Of a stretch of DNA of 64,000 nucleotides, positions 14,179-26,345 are shown piece by piece. The notes under the pieces were generated by a model. That model searched no databases and was not told the DNA's origin. It saw only the letters and a program-made list of their open reading frames with translations. A program made the position numbers and the translations under genes. The stretch lies in the NCBI GenBank assembly GCA_051362555.1, contig CM120640.1, forward strand, positions 25,344,225 through 25,408,224, written 5' to 3'. The stretch's first letter is position 1, and every line of letters begins with the position of its first letter. This stretch comes from Lingula anatina (Eukaryota; Animalia; Brachiopoda).

Positions 14179-17100
14179 TTAAATCCACCTGCCAACTGAA
14201 TTATAGATGAAGCTCTGTTTGCCTGTACTATCTGGATGGTAATGTGCTGAAAAAAAAGACAAAATATCTTTGAAAATTGAAAGTGTGATTTCTAAGTCTT
14301 TAGACAGAAAGAAAAAGAGCTTACAGGAAAAGGCATTCATACTGGTCATTTTCATGGCTGCCTCCTAAAATAATCTTATAGGAATCCATGACAATAGCAG
14401 ATTCACCACTCCACCACTTGAGTAAGAAATCCAATTCATGAACTGATCTATTCAGGGTAACTTAGATTAATGCACATTGTAGAAGCCTAGCCAGACCAAG
14501 CTTGTAAGATAACCTTGGGTGGCCTGACAATGATGTTTAGAAATGGATTGAACGTTTTCAACTGCACATAGAGATCTAAAGGAATATAACATGTACATCT
14601 GTATCTACAGCCAAACACACTTAAATATAGCAGCATGTGCATGTACATTACACACACAAGCACACACTACAAAAAAAATTACTCACCTGGTCCAGGTAGA
14701 TCTGTGCCTCTGATGTCCCCAGTCCACCGACTACTAGATGAGACAAACATGGAGCTAGACATGAAGTGTTTGGGAGCACCATCAAAGTCCACCAACTCAT
14801 AGCTGCCAGGTCCAGGCTGGGGCTGTGCTGGAGGCAGGGGCATGGCTGGGGCTGAGATACACAAGTAATGTTTGCGTCTGTAATACAGAAAATAATAGAT
14901 CTGATTATATAAGTTAAAGTAAACTTGAAAGAAAAAATAAGATAATGAGGAATACGAGATAAATGCATGATGATAAAGGTCCCATTTGGGCAGGTTAATT
15001 CATACTGTTGGTGAAAGTTGTTTCAGATGTTTTAGGTGCATGACTGAACACTGACAACTGTATTTACTCAGGGAATTATATCCGATATAATTCCCTGATT
15101 TGCTGAATCACATATTTCCTTGAATCTCATGTCAATGGCTGTCACTTACAATCAACAGTACCCTCATATATCTCTTCCTCTCTGTATATATTTATATACA
15201 CATCTATGCTGTACACATCATAAACATGTGTAGTGAACTAAAATGTAACTACAAGTGTAGCAGCACAAAACACTGTTATCTTTGTAGTGTCTTTTCCTTT
15301 TTTTATTTTATCAATCATTGCAGAAGTACAATGGCTCTTTTCAAGTCATAATCCGCGTTCCTCGCCTCAACACCACACTGATTGTTTACAAGATGCTCAA
15401 CTGGATCGATCGTTCTGAGTAAAGCACTTATATTAATGTTTAAGTTAACTCCACCTTAAAGCAATCCTGGACTGAATATCAAAACCTCATGTTTTTCAAC
15501 ATCCGATCTAGCTTACATTACTGACTTTAACTGGCCACCAATTGATCAGATGTAGTTTCCTGCCAATTAGAATACTAATCAATAGTTTTCTTTTAGAATT
15601 TCTTCATATCCAGGTGGATTGCAAAGCTATACCTTGGACACAGAATGAAAATACACATGTATTTTGTGTCCAAGGCTATACATACCATGGGGCTCTTTGA
15701 TTTCATCCTTTGACGGTGATATCAAAGTATTCTATTCAAAATTTGGGGTTCAGGGTGGGAAACATGTACGATTTCTTTTTGTATGTATGACAAATAATGC
15801 ACTGCTACCCCCTAGCCCAATATTAATACTGTACATGTTGTTGCGTATATCAGGCTTGTGGACAGTGCATTGTTTAGTACCATAACCATGCTTTGGAAGG
15901 ATTGAAATTAAGTCCAATCTAGCTATGTCATTACACTAATTGCAGTTATCTAACTCTAACACAATTATTATGCAACTTATTTTGTGTTGATATTGATAAT
16001 TAATGAAGCTAAATAAGCCAGTTATAATTTAGTCTAACTCATATGCAGATTGATTTACTCATCTTTTCTTGGACAATTCGATACACAATTGTGTCTGCAG
16101 ATAATAAAGGTCATCCTATTGCCCTCAACTCTTCTTTGTCACTCTTTTATCTCTTCAAAGTCACTATTATCTCAGCTAATAATTCACCTGCTATTCAATA
16201 CTGTGTTATACAAGTACAGCTGCCACCAGCAGCTTGTGTAAGCATGGAGTGATACATCAAGCAAGAACATGACTGACATCAGGCATTAAACCCCTTTCCT
16301 TTCCCTTTCTCACTGGCATGATGACATGCAAATATTTAATATCACTTTAAAAATCAGTGCACTATATATCTGTATCATATTCCAAGTAGTGTTTGTAAAC
16401 TGTATTTCCTCTCACTCAGTTAAGTAGAATGTGGTACTTAGCTGATCTGAGAAATAATATGGATGCATAAAAAACAATGACACTAATAAGACATGTCCTT
16501 GTTCTTGCACATTTTGAACATAATATAGGTCCAAGGACACACGTAAAGTAAAGCTTAAACAGACAAAGATGCTGTACAGAGAAATAATCTGATATTAAAC
16601 ACAGGCCAACGAGACAACACATTCCCTGTAGAGAGTACCACTGAACTTGACAAGATATAATTAGTATAATTGGTTTAGGATGCCCCTTAACATATTCTGG
16701 TGAGTGTTATAAGTGTTCATGGTATGTTTATCTTGTGGCTTAAAATATGGTTTGTCTAAAATGCATTTCAATGCTTGACAATAACCAAGATGCAATATAC
16801 AATTGTCACACTTCTTCACATGATCCCTTTAAATTTACATCAATCTCTGCTAATGTCACTGCATTTTTTTATGATAACATAATTATTTTAAAAGCTTCTG
16901 GATAATTACCACTTGGAAGCACTCTAAATAAGAAAATCATAGCCAAAGAATATGTTCAGCACACATATATGTACATGTAAGCTCAATATCTGATTTTCAC
17001 TCAAGTAAATACTAGTACAGTATGTGGTCTTAGTTAACAAATATAAAACTGCAACTTTACTATCTATATACTACGTCCAAACACACATCATGCATATATG

Positions 17101-20100
17101 TTTGTTCCTACATGTATATGTTTGTGGATAGGAAGAAAATAATTAAAATAGATCTGGGCATTTTCTGAAGGAAAAGATGGAAAATTTTTTACTAAAAAGG
17201 ACCTTATAAACTGATAAGGCATTTGTTAACTCAAGCCTCATATTTGTGAGCACAAATGCACAAATTAATGACTCCAGCCACGAGTTAAGTACCCTAACGT
17301 AAAATCTAGTCTAAGACTCATGTTAGCAAATGCTAATTATCGTTTATGAGGCCTTTAACACAAAAAAGAGGAAACACTACACACATTGTACAAAACCAAA
17401 ATTGTACAATATCCAGTCTCTTTTGAACAGCTGGAAAAGCAAAAATAACATTTCACTTTGATGTATAAAAGTCCAAGGCATGCTCATCCAACAATCAATA
17501 AATGCCAAGCGTGATGCTTATGAAAACTCAAATTAGGTCCTTTGAGTCTGCTACTTTCAACTTCCTGTTTGTCAGATATTTTCTATCAAGAAGGATATAC
17601 TGTTTCACGGCTTTCCCTTCTTAACACCTGATATAGCACTGTAAATTACCAACCCTTTCATATGCCAACTTTATCGATTGAGTGAATGATTACTGGGAAG
17701 AAAATAAGTTCCCAATTCACCTGCGAATAACATATGGGGAACATATCTATAAAATGTTCAATTCTAATTTTATTTAAGCCAATCTGAATATCATCAACAT
17801 CTAATTTAACCTGGTTTAAAAACAATTGAACCCTAAAATAATAATTATAATAACAACTGGTAACAAGATCTTGTAAAGTGCCAGTTTACATTACCAGAAT
17901 AAATTGTACACTGCACTGTATAAGAAATACTAAGAAATGTATGAAATTGGCACCATATATAATTATCATTTTGAAAGTATACCAATGGCCAAGGACTTCT
18001 TTTAAGCTTTTCATCCTTGTTTTTGTAATAAAATCGTTAACAGTGATGTCTATTCAGAAATGTATAACCATCACAGCTTCTTATGAAAATTCATATACAG
18101 AAGACAGTTTACTTACGGTAAAATGAGTTTGTTTGCACTCTCCTCTACTGCCTCATGTGGTTTGTATGTCCCAGGTCCAGGATACTGTGATATAAGAAAA
18201 AAATTAAGTTTTGTCCATATATCATTAAAAACATGTAATCTATTTTGTAAAATGTCACACAACACTGGTTACCACAAAACGGTCTACACACGCAGCAATT
18301 TATAACATCATAACAAAATATATTATAAATATATAATTCTAAGAAAATTTAGCAAATTTATCATACCATTAGATGTTTCATTTTCATAATTATTTGATAT
18401 ACTTACAGGAGGCGGATCTGGTGCCATTTGTCGTTTTGATGTTGACTTGAAACTTGAAAAAGGAACTTTGATACTGTCACGAAGGAGTTTGTCATCTACA
18501 TGATATTGCCCTGAAAGATTACAGATAAAAGTTAATAAAATGGTATTATTTGGAGTTTTCCTCTTTTTTTCTTATCATAAATACCCCTTTATACAACATG
18601 CAAAAAATGCTGATTTTTCTTATCTTAAAATCCATTTTATAAGCAGTTATTGGAGCTTATTAGTTTTAAACATCAAGTCTGTCAACAAACCTGCACATAT
18701 ACCATGCAATAACACTTCTGTTTAAAAAAACTTAAATATATACTAATACATTTAAAAAAGAATAGTTATAAAGGGGGGAAAATCATACTGAATTAATAAA
18801 AAACCTTAAATGAAGGTTTTAAAATTATCAAGAAATAAAACAAACTTATTTACATGGAGCAGGTTTCTTTGCAGATTCCTTTGTATCCATAACTTCCCGT
18901 TTTGATTGTGACTTGAAAGCTGCTTGAGCAGATACATTGTTAGCCTTGCCTGGCTTGTACCTGAGGACCTACAAAGAAAATAAGGCACATATTGAAATCA
19001 AATATACAAAGTCCGATCTAGTATTGGTATCAAATTTTAAAAAATCCTAACAAAATGGTGTGTAAAATGCATTCTTTAAGCTGAAGTTCCATTAAATAAA
19101 ATGCTTCTTATATAGACTTGTATCTCATTATAAAGTTAGCAGTTTTCATAAAATTCAGATTTAAACTCTTTGAATAGAAAACATTGGAAAGAAATGCATT
19201 TTCTAAGATTTAATTAAACCTTACCTCATATTCATTTGGTGCTGGTACAGCTGACAGTTTTGCAACAGGCTGCGCTATAGGTTTGTGGAATACTCTTGTA
19301 TATGCATTGTTAAAATCTTTCTTTGACTGTAACAAACTTGGCAACTGATAAGCAGCAGAGCCAGGACCTGGTGTTGGCCCCACTTTTTGTTCTCTTTTAC
19401 TCTGCAATAATAAGAAAGTATAACAACATGGTTTATTCTCATTAAGTGACAAATCGAATATTGCAAATCCTGTCTGATAAGAAAAAGTGATATTATAAAA
19501 TATAATTCATTATTAAAGTCAATTAATTCTAGATGTCTTGTTTTAATCTTACCAGAGTCAGCAATTGGTGGTTAATACAATAGCTCTGGGAGGGGAAGTT
19601 AATACTAAAAGTATCTGATAAAATATATGTACAAACCTTTGATGCAAATCCTCCTGTTCCTCTTTTAGAGAATGATGTGCTGACAGTTTCTGTTTTTGTT
19701 TGATTTACATATGTTCCTGGACCAGGGTTATCATCCTTGATAAAGGAAAAATAAAAATTTACCATGCTGTTAGGGTTCAAGGTAAAAACAAATTCTTCAT
19801 GAAGATATATATTAGAAATCAAATATAATCCAAATTAATACAATTATATAATACAGAAAGCTTGAATATTATAAAACAATTTTATAGTTTAGCAATTTTA
19901 TAGTTTTTCTTTAAGTGATTTTGTTTCTAACCAATACCATAATTTTACCAATATTATTAATGAACAACAGCCTAAGTTTACATTCTCTGTTGGTTATTCT
20001 TAAGTAAAATGAGACATTTGATGAACTTACTATAATTGCTTCATGGTTAAATCTTTTGGCTTTTGATAAGAATCCTTTCCTGTCTGAATTGTCTGTGATT

Positions 20101-20726
20101 ATAGTTTGGTACCTGCTGGGTATGGAAGCATTTGGTGCTGCTATGCTATTACCTGAAACAAAAATAAAAGGTTTCAAATAATATTTATCTATCTTGAGGG
20201 AGTATTATACTCCATTATGTATCACAACAAGAGATAAAAGCCATGCTACTGGGTTTTGTACAGTAGTAAATAACAACACAGGGGCTCTGGCATGCATACA
20301 TGTACATGTACTTTTAGCTGATTTATACCAATTGATGCTACTGCCAATAAAACTACTATTGTTGCCTGGCATGTATGGCTCGGTGTTATTCGTAACCTCT
20401 GCTTCAATGTACTCACTTGGCATACATGAAATAAACATTTGACACCTGACACGTCCCCTGTCACTCTGTCACTCTCAGGTTATACACTGGAGTGTGAACT
20501 ACATGTACGTGTACTGTACGACTCATGAGTATTGCATTACTCAAGTTACATTAATTCAGTTAATAATGACAGCAATGTATGACTATTCTAACAATCAAAT
20601 TATAGGCGACACTCCTATCTTAGCTGTACATATGATTATACCTTTATGAAGTTTTCCTGATGTCCTCCTACTGTGAATTCTGCTAACATAAGAATTGTCC
20701 ACATCTCTCAGGCTGTCCAGCGCCAT
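14179..20726 (-). CDS. STPG1: Sperm-tail PG-rich repeat protein 1 / O6-methylguanine-induced apoptosis 2 (MAPO2)
   Basis: Exons ~20641-20726, 20030-20152, 19637-19736, 19225-19402, 18854-18968, 18406-18510, 18117-18185, 14687-14877, 14179-14246. They give ASIPSRYQTIITDNSDRKGFLSKAKRF, repeated PGPG(T/S)Y SHIPPO-type repeats, KRGTGGFAS, RKHYLCISAPAMPLP and the terminus KQSFIYNSVGRWI*. Confidence 0.88.
15069..15097. mobile_element. 29-bp CA...TG palindrome with 7-bp flanking duplication (P-superfamily footprint-like)
   Basis: ATTTACT-[CAGGGAATTATATC-C-GATATAATTCCCTG]-ATTTGCT; the flanks match at 6 of 7 positions. Confidence 0.6.
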
Positions 20727-21408
20727 GTTGTTTATGTTGTTTCACTGCCTTTACTGTGATGTTTGGAAATATGTGCGCGTTGTGAAATAGATCCAATAAA
20801 AAAACATAAATCTTACATCACACGAAGATTTGCTGAAAATATACCATGTGAAAGTCGCTAATCTTAAGCTAATGATACTATAAATGCAAAAAAGAACTTA
20901 AATGCAACCATTTTAAACGCAATATCCGTTTTTAATTCATTTGAGTGCAGTAATTTTGTTGTCATGACCACGACCTACTCCATGACCGGGGTACTACTTA
21001 CTAAAGGATTCGATGTGAAGAGTCAATTTTAAGATGCCGCGTTATAAAGTTGGTATATTTTCCTGTCATGGCATCATACATTTTACAGATACGAATAATG
21101 GAGGTATTTTTTTTTGGGGGGGGGGGGATCACACAAACTGATGATACTTTTCAGCCAAATTTATTTTTGACGAGAAACATCCTATTCCCCTATAACTGGA
21201 CGATACTAAGTTAAGCCAATCATATCAATCCAATTTCGATACCGCAAACATATCACCGTTTTTCATTGGCTAACCTGAACAGGCCGCGAGAATTTAACTC
21301 TAAAACTCGCGGAAAAAATTTGTACTCCGCTTGCAGCCTGGTAGAACCTGGACGTAGTCACTTCACATTAGTATTTTACATAATTTTCTTTTACCACGCT
21401 TTTTAACC
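20727..21408. promoter_or_regulatory. Bidirectional promoter between STPG1 and RRM2, with CCAAT boxes and E2F-like sites
   Basis: Divergent ATGs ~680 bp apart. CCAAT at ~21216 and ~21230, ATTGG at ~21265, and E2F-like GCCGCGAGAA (~21283) and TCGCGGAAAA (~21307) upstream of RRM2. Confidence 0.7.
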
Positions 21409-24400
21409 ATGCTGTCTGCTCATTCACCAAAGACTACCAGCAGGATAGAGTCTGAGCTCGTCTCAAAGATGGGGAAATCCACAGTCAACGACGAGAATCA
21501 AGTGAGTGAATAATGCATGTTACAGTATTATTGGCGCCAAAGTTTCAACATTGCTTTTTTTAATCAGAAAAATAACAATGGGCGAGGAAAGTTCATAAAA
21601 TGATAAAATTGCAGAAATAAGTGTGTGGGGCATTGTCATTCCTTGTCTTGCCTGAGAGACATTTAATCACACTGAAATATTTCTTGTTTTGTTGCCTAAT
21701 GCATTGGATGCAGTGCCAGTGGTGATATAACCACCTCATTTAACCAATGATTACTAAGAAACAATAGACAGTGTTAAAATCCAATATTATAAAACTAAAC
21801 TGCAATTTAAGGTTATCATTTTATGTTGTGTTGACGAGCTGGTAGGCAGCGCTTCAACTGATAACTTCGAAGTTATATATATCTTACATAAGTTATGTCG
21901 TCGATGCCAAGTAATCTAAATACGATTAATTTCAGCTCCCTTCCGTTTTTTTAAAGAAGACAAAGGTTCTTGGCGAAAATCGATCTCAGGTAAGTCCTGC
22001 GGACTACCAAGAATTTCTGTTAAATTCAAAAATTTTTTTATATAACATTACGCGCCATTGACGTCACTGGCGGGAAATCTGTAAACACAATGGGCTTGGT
22101 TGTGTAAGTTTTCCGTTTGGTACCTCAGCGGGGAATGGCTTTTGAGCAAGGGATAATAAGGGTGGGTTGATCATTATATTCAAGTTTATCACTAAGTTAT
22201 AATAATTTCACAGATTGGGCCAAATAAAATTTTCATTTTAAAAGGAATATTGTATTCATTGAAACTTCTTATTTTCAGAATATTCAAAAAGAAACCAGCA
22301 TTACCTTATCATTGAAGCAAGAGGAGAATGTGAAACAGGTACATATTTTACTGCCATTTCTTTTAAATTTAAAGGCACTTTATTCATTGGCATTTTTTTA
22401 ACATCAATAGTTTCTGCAAACATCTTTAACTTACATATTTATTTATTTATTCAATTTTTTATTCAAAGACTGGGTACTCATTATAGAAAAATAAATGCAC
22501 TGAAATATTTTGTTTTTAAGTATATGGTTTAATTTTTTTTTAGACAAAAGCAACTGTAGATGATGAACCACTTCTTCGTGACAACCCAAATCGTTTTGTC
22601 ATTTTTCCTATAAAATATCAAGACATCTGGAAAATGTACAAAAAAGCAGAGGCATCTTTTTGGACTGCTGAAGAAGTAGATCTTTCTAAAGACTTAGGAC
22701 ACTGGGAGAAGCTGAAGCCAGAGGAAAAACATTTTATTTCTCATGTATTGGCCTTCTTTGCTGCTAGTGATGGCATTGTCAATGAAAATTTGGTAAGGGA
22801 AATCTTAATTTCTTTAAAAAAAAATGATTCACCATTCATTTAACGAAAACAACCAGTAAATACGTAAATGTCATAATTTTCTCTAAGAAATTTTTAATCA
22901 ATTTGTCACAAAATGGACAAATATTATTTCTTGTTCTTGTATTATTTTTAGGTAGAGCGTTTTGCCCAGGAGGTCCAGATCACAGAGGCTAGGTGCTTCT
23001 ATGGATTCCAAATTGCAATTGAAAACATTCACTCTGAAATGTACAGCTTGCTTATAGACACTTATATCAGGGATCCAAAAGAAAGGTAAAGTTCAAGCAT
23101 GGGAGCTACAATTTGATTCTCCTATTATTAGTACCACCAGCGTATACGCTGGCGGTACTCATGGTTTTAGTCCCGACCCGTCTCGTACAGCTCCGCCGGC
23201 TCCTGCGGCTCCGCAGTCGGGCGCCGGAAACAAGTCACCGTTACCGCTTCTCCTCCTAGACCGCCAGGACCTGTGTCCCCATGTCTTGGATTTAGGTCAC
23301 ATATAATCTCAACTTGAACACCCTGGTTTTTTTGTCTCTGTCGGTGCATTGGCCTGGGCGTGACACTTGTTGAAACGCACCCTTGTCAAAATTTTTGAAA
23401 ATTCAAGGCTAAATATCTCCCAAACCAAAGGAATTATGGGAAAAATTACTACAGAAGTCTGACCAAAAGTCATATGTGGAGATTCCAAATATGCCCTTTG
23501 ATATGACTTTTGACCTTTTTTTCAAGGTCAAACAAGCCAAAATTTTCTAAAAATGGGAATTTTCTGCAAAAAAATATTTGTTTGTGCTATTTTTTGGAAA
23601 CTACACAGATCTAAGCTCTCCTGTTACAGTGAGGGGTTACAATTGGGGACTCCTTTCATCTTTGGGAGTTTGGGGTCAATCGGTGCATTTCCATGGGAGA
23701 AGCAGCCATTAGATATCGAAACTGAAAACTTGCCTTTATTCTGGAATGGTAAATGCCAGAGACCTTTTGTTCATCGCACTTTGTAGAACTTGTCAAGTGC
23801 AATACTGGAGGTGGTGTCCATTTTTTTGTTTTCGATATGGTTTAGGCATTGCGCTATATATCAAAAATTACAACATCGCAATATTCAGTGGGGAAAATGT
23901 TAAACATTCCAAAACTGGCAGAGATACGCCCATAGTTACTATTGAACTTGAATAGGAAGTTATATACAAGTAATCTAACTGTGACCTTTAAATTGACCTT
24001 TGACCTACTTTTCACCATGAACTGAACTTTGCAAATTTTCTAGCCCTTATATCTCCAAAACTGGCAGAGATACACCCATAGTTACTATTGAACTTTAATA
24101 GGAAGTTATATACTGGTAATCTAACTGTGACCTTTAAATTGACCTTTGACCTACTTTTCACCATGAACTGAACTTTGCAAATTTTCTAGCCCTTATATCT
24201 CCAAAACTGGCAGAGATACACCCATAGTTACTGTTGAACTTGAATAGGAAGTCATATACTGGCATTCTTATTGTGACCTTGAAATTGACCTTTGACCTAC
24301 TTTTCAACATGAACTGAACTTTGTAAATTTTCTATCCCTTATATCTCGAAAACTGGCAGAGATAGGTCCAAAGTTACTATTGAACTTGAATAGGAAGTCA

Positions 24401-24917
24401 TATACTGGCAATCTTACTGTGACCTTGAAATTGACCTTTGACCTATTATTTATGATGAACTGCACTTTGCATGTTTCCTGGCCTTCATATCTCCAACATT
24501 GGCAAAGAAATGCCCATAGCTACTATTAAACTTTTATAGGAAGTCATATACTGTGACCTTGAAATTGACCTATGACCTACTTTTTACCTCAAACTGAACT
24601 CTGCATATTTTCTTGCCCTTCATATCTTCAAAACTAGCAGAGATCTGCCCAGTGTTGTCCCTAGGTTTTCTCTTTTGTCAGCATTCCGGTATATGCATTA
24701 CTGATAATGCATTTCAAGGAAAACCAATAGGCCTTTTGTCTAGAAAATCACAGGAGTGATCAGTGTTAGGAAAATACAGGTTAATTAGGACATCTCCTTG
24801 ATTGGACCATTTTAACTGTTATGTTTTTTTGATTTTTTTTTTTTTTTTTTCATATTTTGAGAACTCTTGTTTATTGCATTTTATAGAGCTTGTCAAGCAC
24901 AAGACTGGTGGTGGTGT

Positions 24918-24965
<48 letters not shown>

Positions 24966-26345
24966 GGGGGGGGGGGGGGGTCCATACGAATGCGCTTACT
25001 CCAGCTGGTGGTACAATATCCAGAGGCGGTATCGCCTCTCTGATCCTCTAGTTTCTTTTTTTAGGTCTGTAGTACACAAATAGTTTAACTGAAGTGATGG
25101 TGTAAACATTCATAAAAGTTATTGTTTCTTAGTAAACATTGTTTAAATGAGGTGAATGCATCACCACTGGCACTGTATCTAATTACGCAACAAACTAAGA
25201 AACGAATTAAGCTTTTTTTTTTTCAATCCACCTTTGGATGACGGAATTATTTGCTTTAAAATGAACAAATGTTTTTGTTCTTCCAGGGAATTTCTCTTCA
25301 ATGCAATTGAAACTATGCCTTGTGTAAAGAAAAAGGCTGACTGGGCTATACGCTGGATCAATGCCAAAAATGCCAGCTTTGCAGAGAGAGTTATTGCTTT
25401 TGCTGCAGTGGAAGGGATCTTCTTCTCTGGTTCTTTTGCTTCCATCTTTTGGCTCAAGAAAAGAGGTATCATGCCAGGCCTGACATTCAGCAATGAACTT
25501 ATCAGCAGGGATGAGGCAAGTTATTTTTATTTTATATATCTATTTGATGAATTCACAGTATTTTTTACGTTTAACTTTTAAAATGTGGGGCATAAGTTTT
25601 AAAGTTATTCATAAATAACAGGCGAATTGCACTATTTCTTCCTTTTGACACCCTTTCTCACATTAAAGTGTATCTCTGTTATTTGACACCGGTTTACAAC
25701 ATTGTTCACACAAAAACAGTTTGGAAACTACACCATACAAAACTGAGTGCAAAACATGGACTAATTAATTTTTTTTCCCCACAGGGTTTACATTGTGACT
25801 TCGCCTGTTTGATGTTCAAACACCTCAAAAACAAACCCACACAGGCAAGAATTCATGAAATAATTCAAGATGCCGTCAACATTGAGATAGAGTTCCTGAC
25901 AGAAGCTCTGCCTTGTGCTCTCATAGGCATGAACAACACCCTAATGGCACAGTACATAAAGTTTGTGGCAGACAGGCTGCTAGTGGAGCTTCAGTGTGAA
26001 AAGGTAAGAAGCAGTGAAAATGCCCATTTAAGACCAACTTGGCATTGTACTATTTGGCCTTTTCTGCTTTCAGCTCTGCAATATTTTGTTCCGATTTCTG
26101 GAAAATTCCCCATTGTACTATTTGTTTGAAGAACTACAGGAATATCTGATTATTATGGAAAGTATTGTTATTCTGTTTTTCAGATTTGGAATGTAGAAAA
26201 CCCATTTGACTTCATGGAGCACATATCTTTGGAAGGAAAAACCAACTTTTTTGAAAAGCGAGTTGGTGAATATCAGAAAATGGGAGTGATGTCATCCACA
26301 AAAGGAGAAAGTAATCACCAATTTACCCTTGATGCAGACTTTTAA
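21409..26345 (+). CDS. RRM2: Ribonucleoside-diphosphate reductase small subunit (R2)
   Basis: Exons 21409-21501, 21936-21989, 22279-22338, 22544-22792, 22952-23085, 25287-25515, 25785-26003, 26184-26345. Motifs: [52 protein letters not shown] and [14 protein letters not shown]...FTLDADF*. Confidence 0.98.
23126..25054 (+). mobile_element. Non-autonomous Helentron-associated element (HINE/DINE-1-like) in RRM2 intron 5
   Basis: 5' subterminal repeat plus its inverted copy AGTACCACCAGC-GTATAC-GCTGGCGGTACT (23130-23159); internal 146-bp tandem array; 3' subterminal inverted repeat GCTGGTGGTAC (25004-25014); stem-loop AGAGGCG-GTAT-CGCCTCT (25022-25039); CTAGTTT end. Confidence 0.8.
23905..24650. 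repeat. Tandem array of about 5 units of 146 bp rich in TGACCTTTGACCT
   Basis: The anchor AAAACTGGCAGAGAT recurs at 23911, 24057, 24203, 24349, 24495 (degenerate) and 24630 (short unit). Confidence 0.95.
25516..25784 (+). other. GC-AG intron in RRM2
   Basis: The conserved SRDE|GLH requires splicing GAG|GCAAGT ... ACAG|GGTTTACAT; no GT is present at the required position. Confidence 0.9.

Noticed and set aside
17500-17730. Possible extra STPG1 exons in the 3.2-kb intron
   Set aside because: Candidate acceptors give immediate stops in the required phase; exon 18117 joins 14877 cleanly.
23905-24650. CRISPR-like array
   Set aside because: Whole 146-bp units repeat with no unique spacers; it is a eukaryotic satellite inside a HINE.
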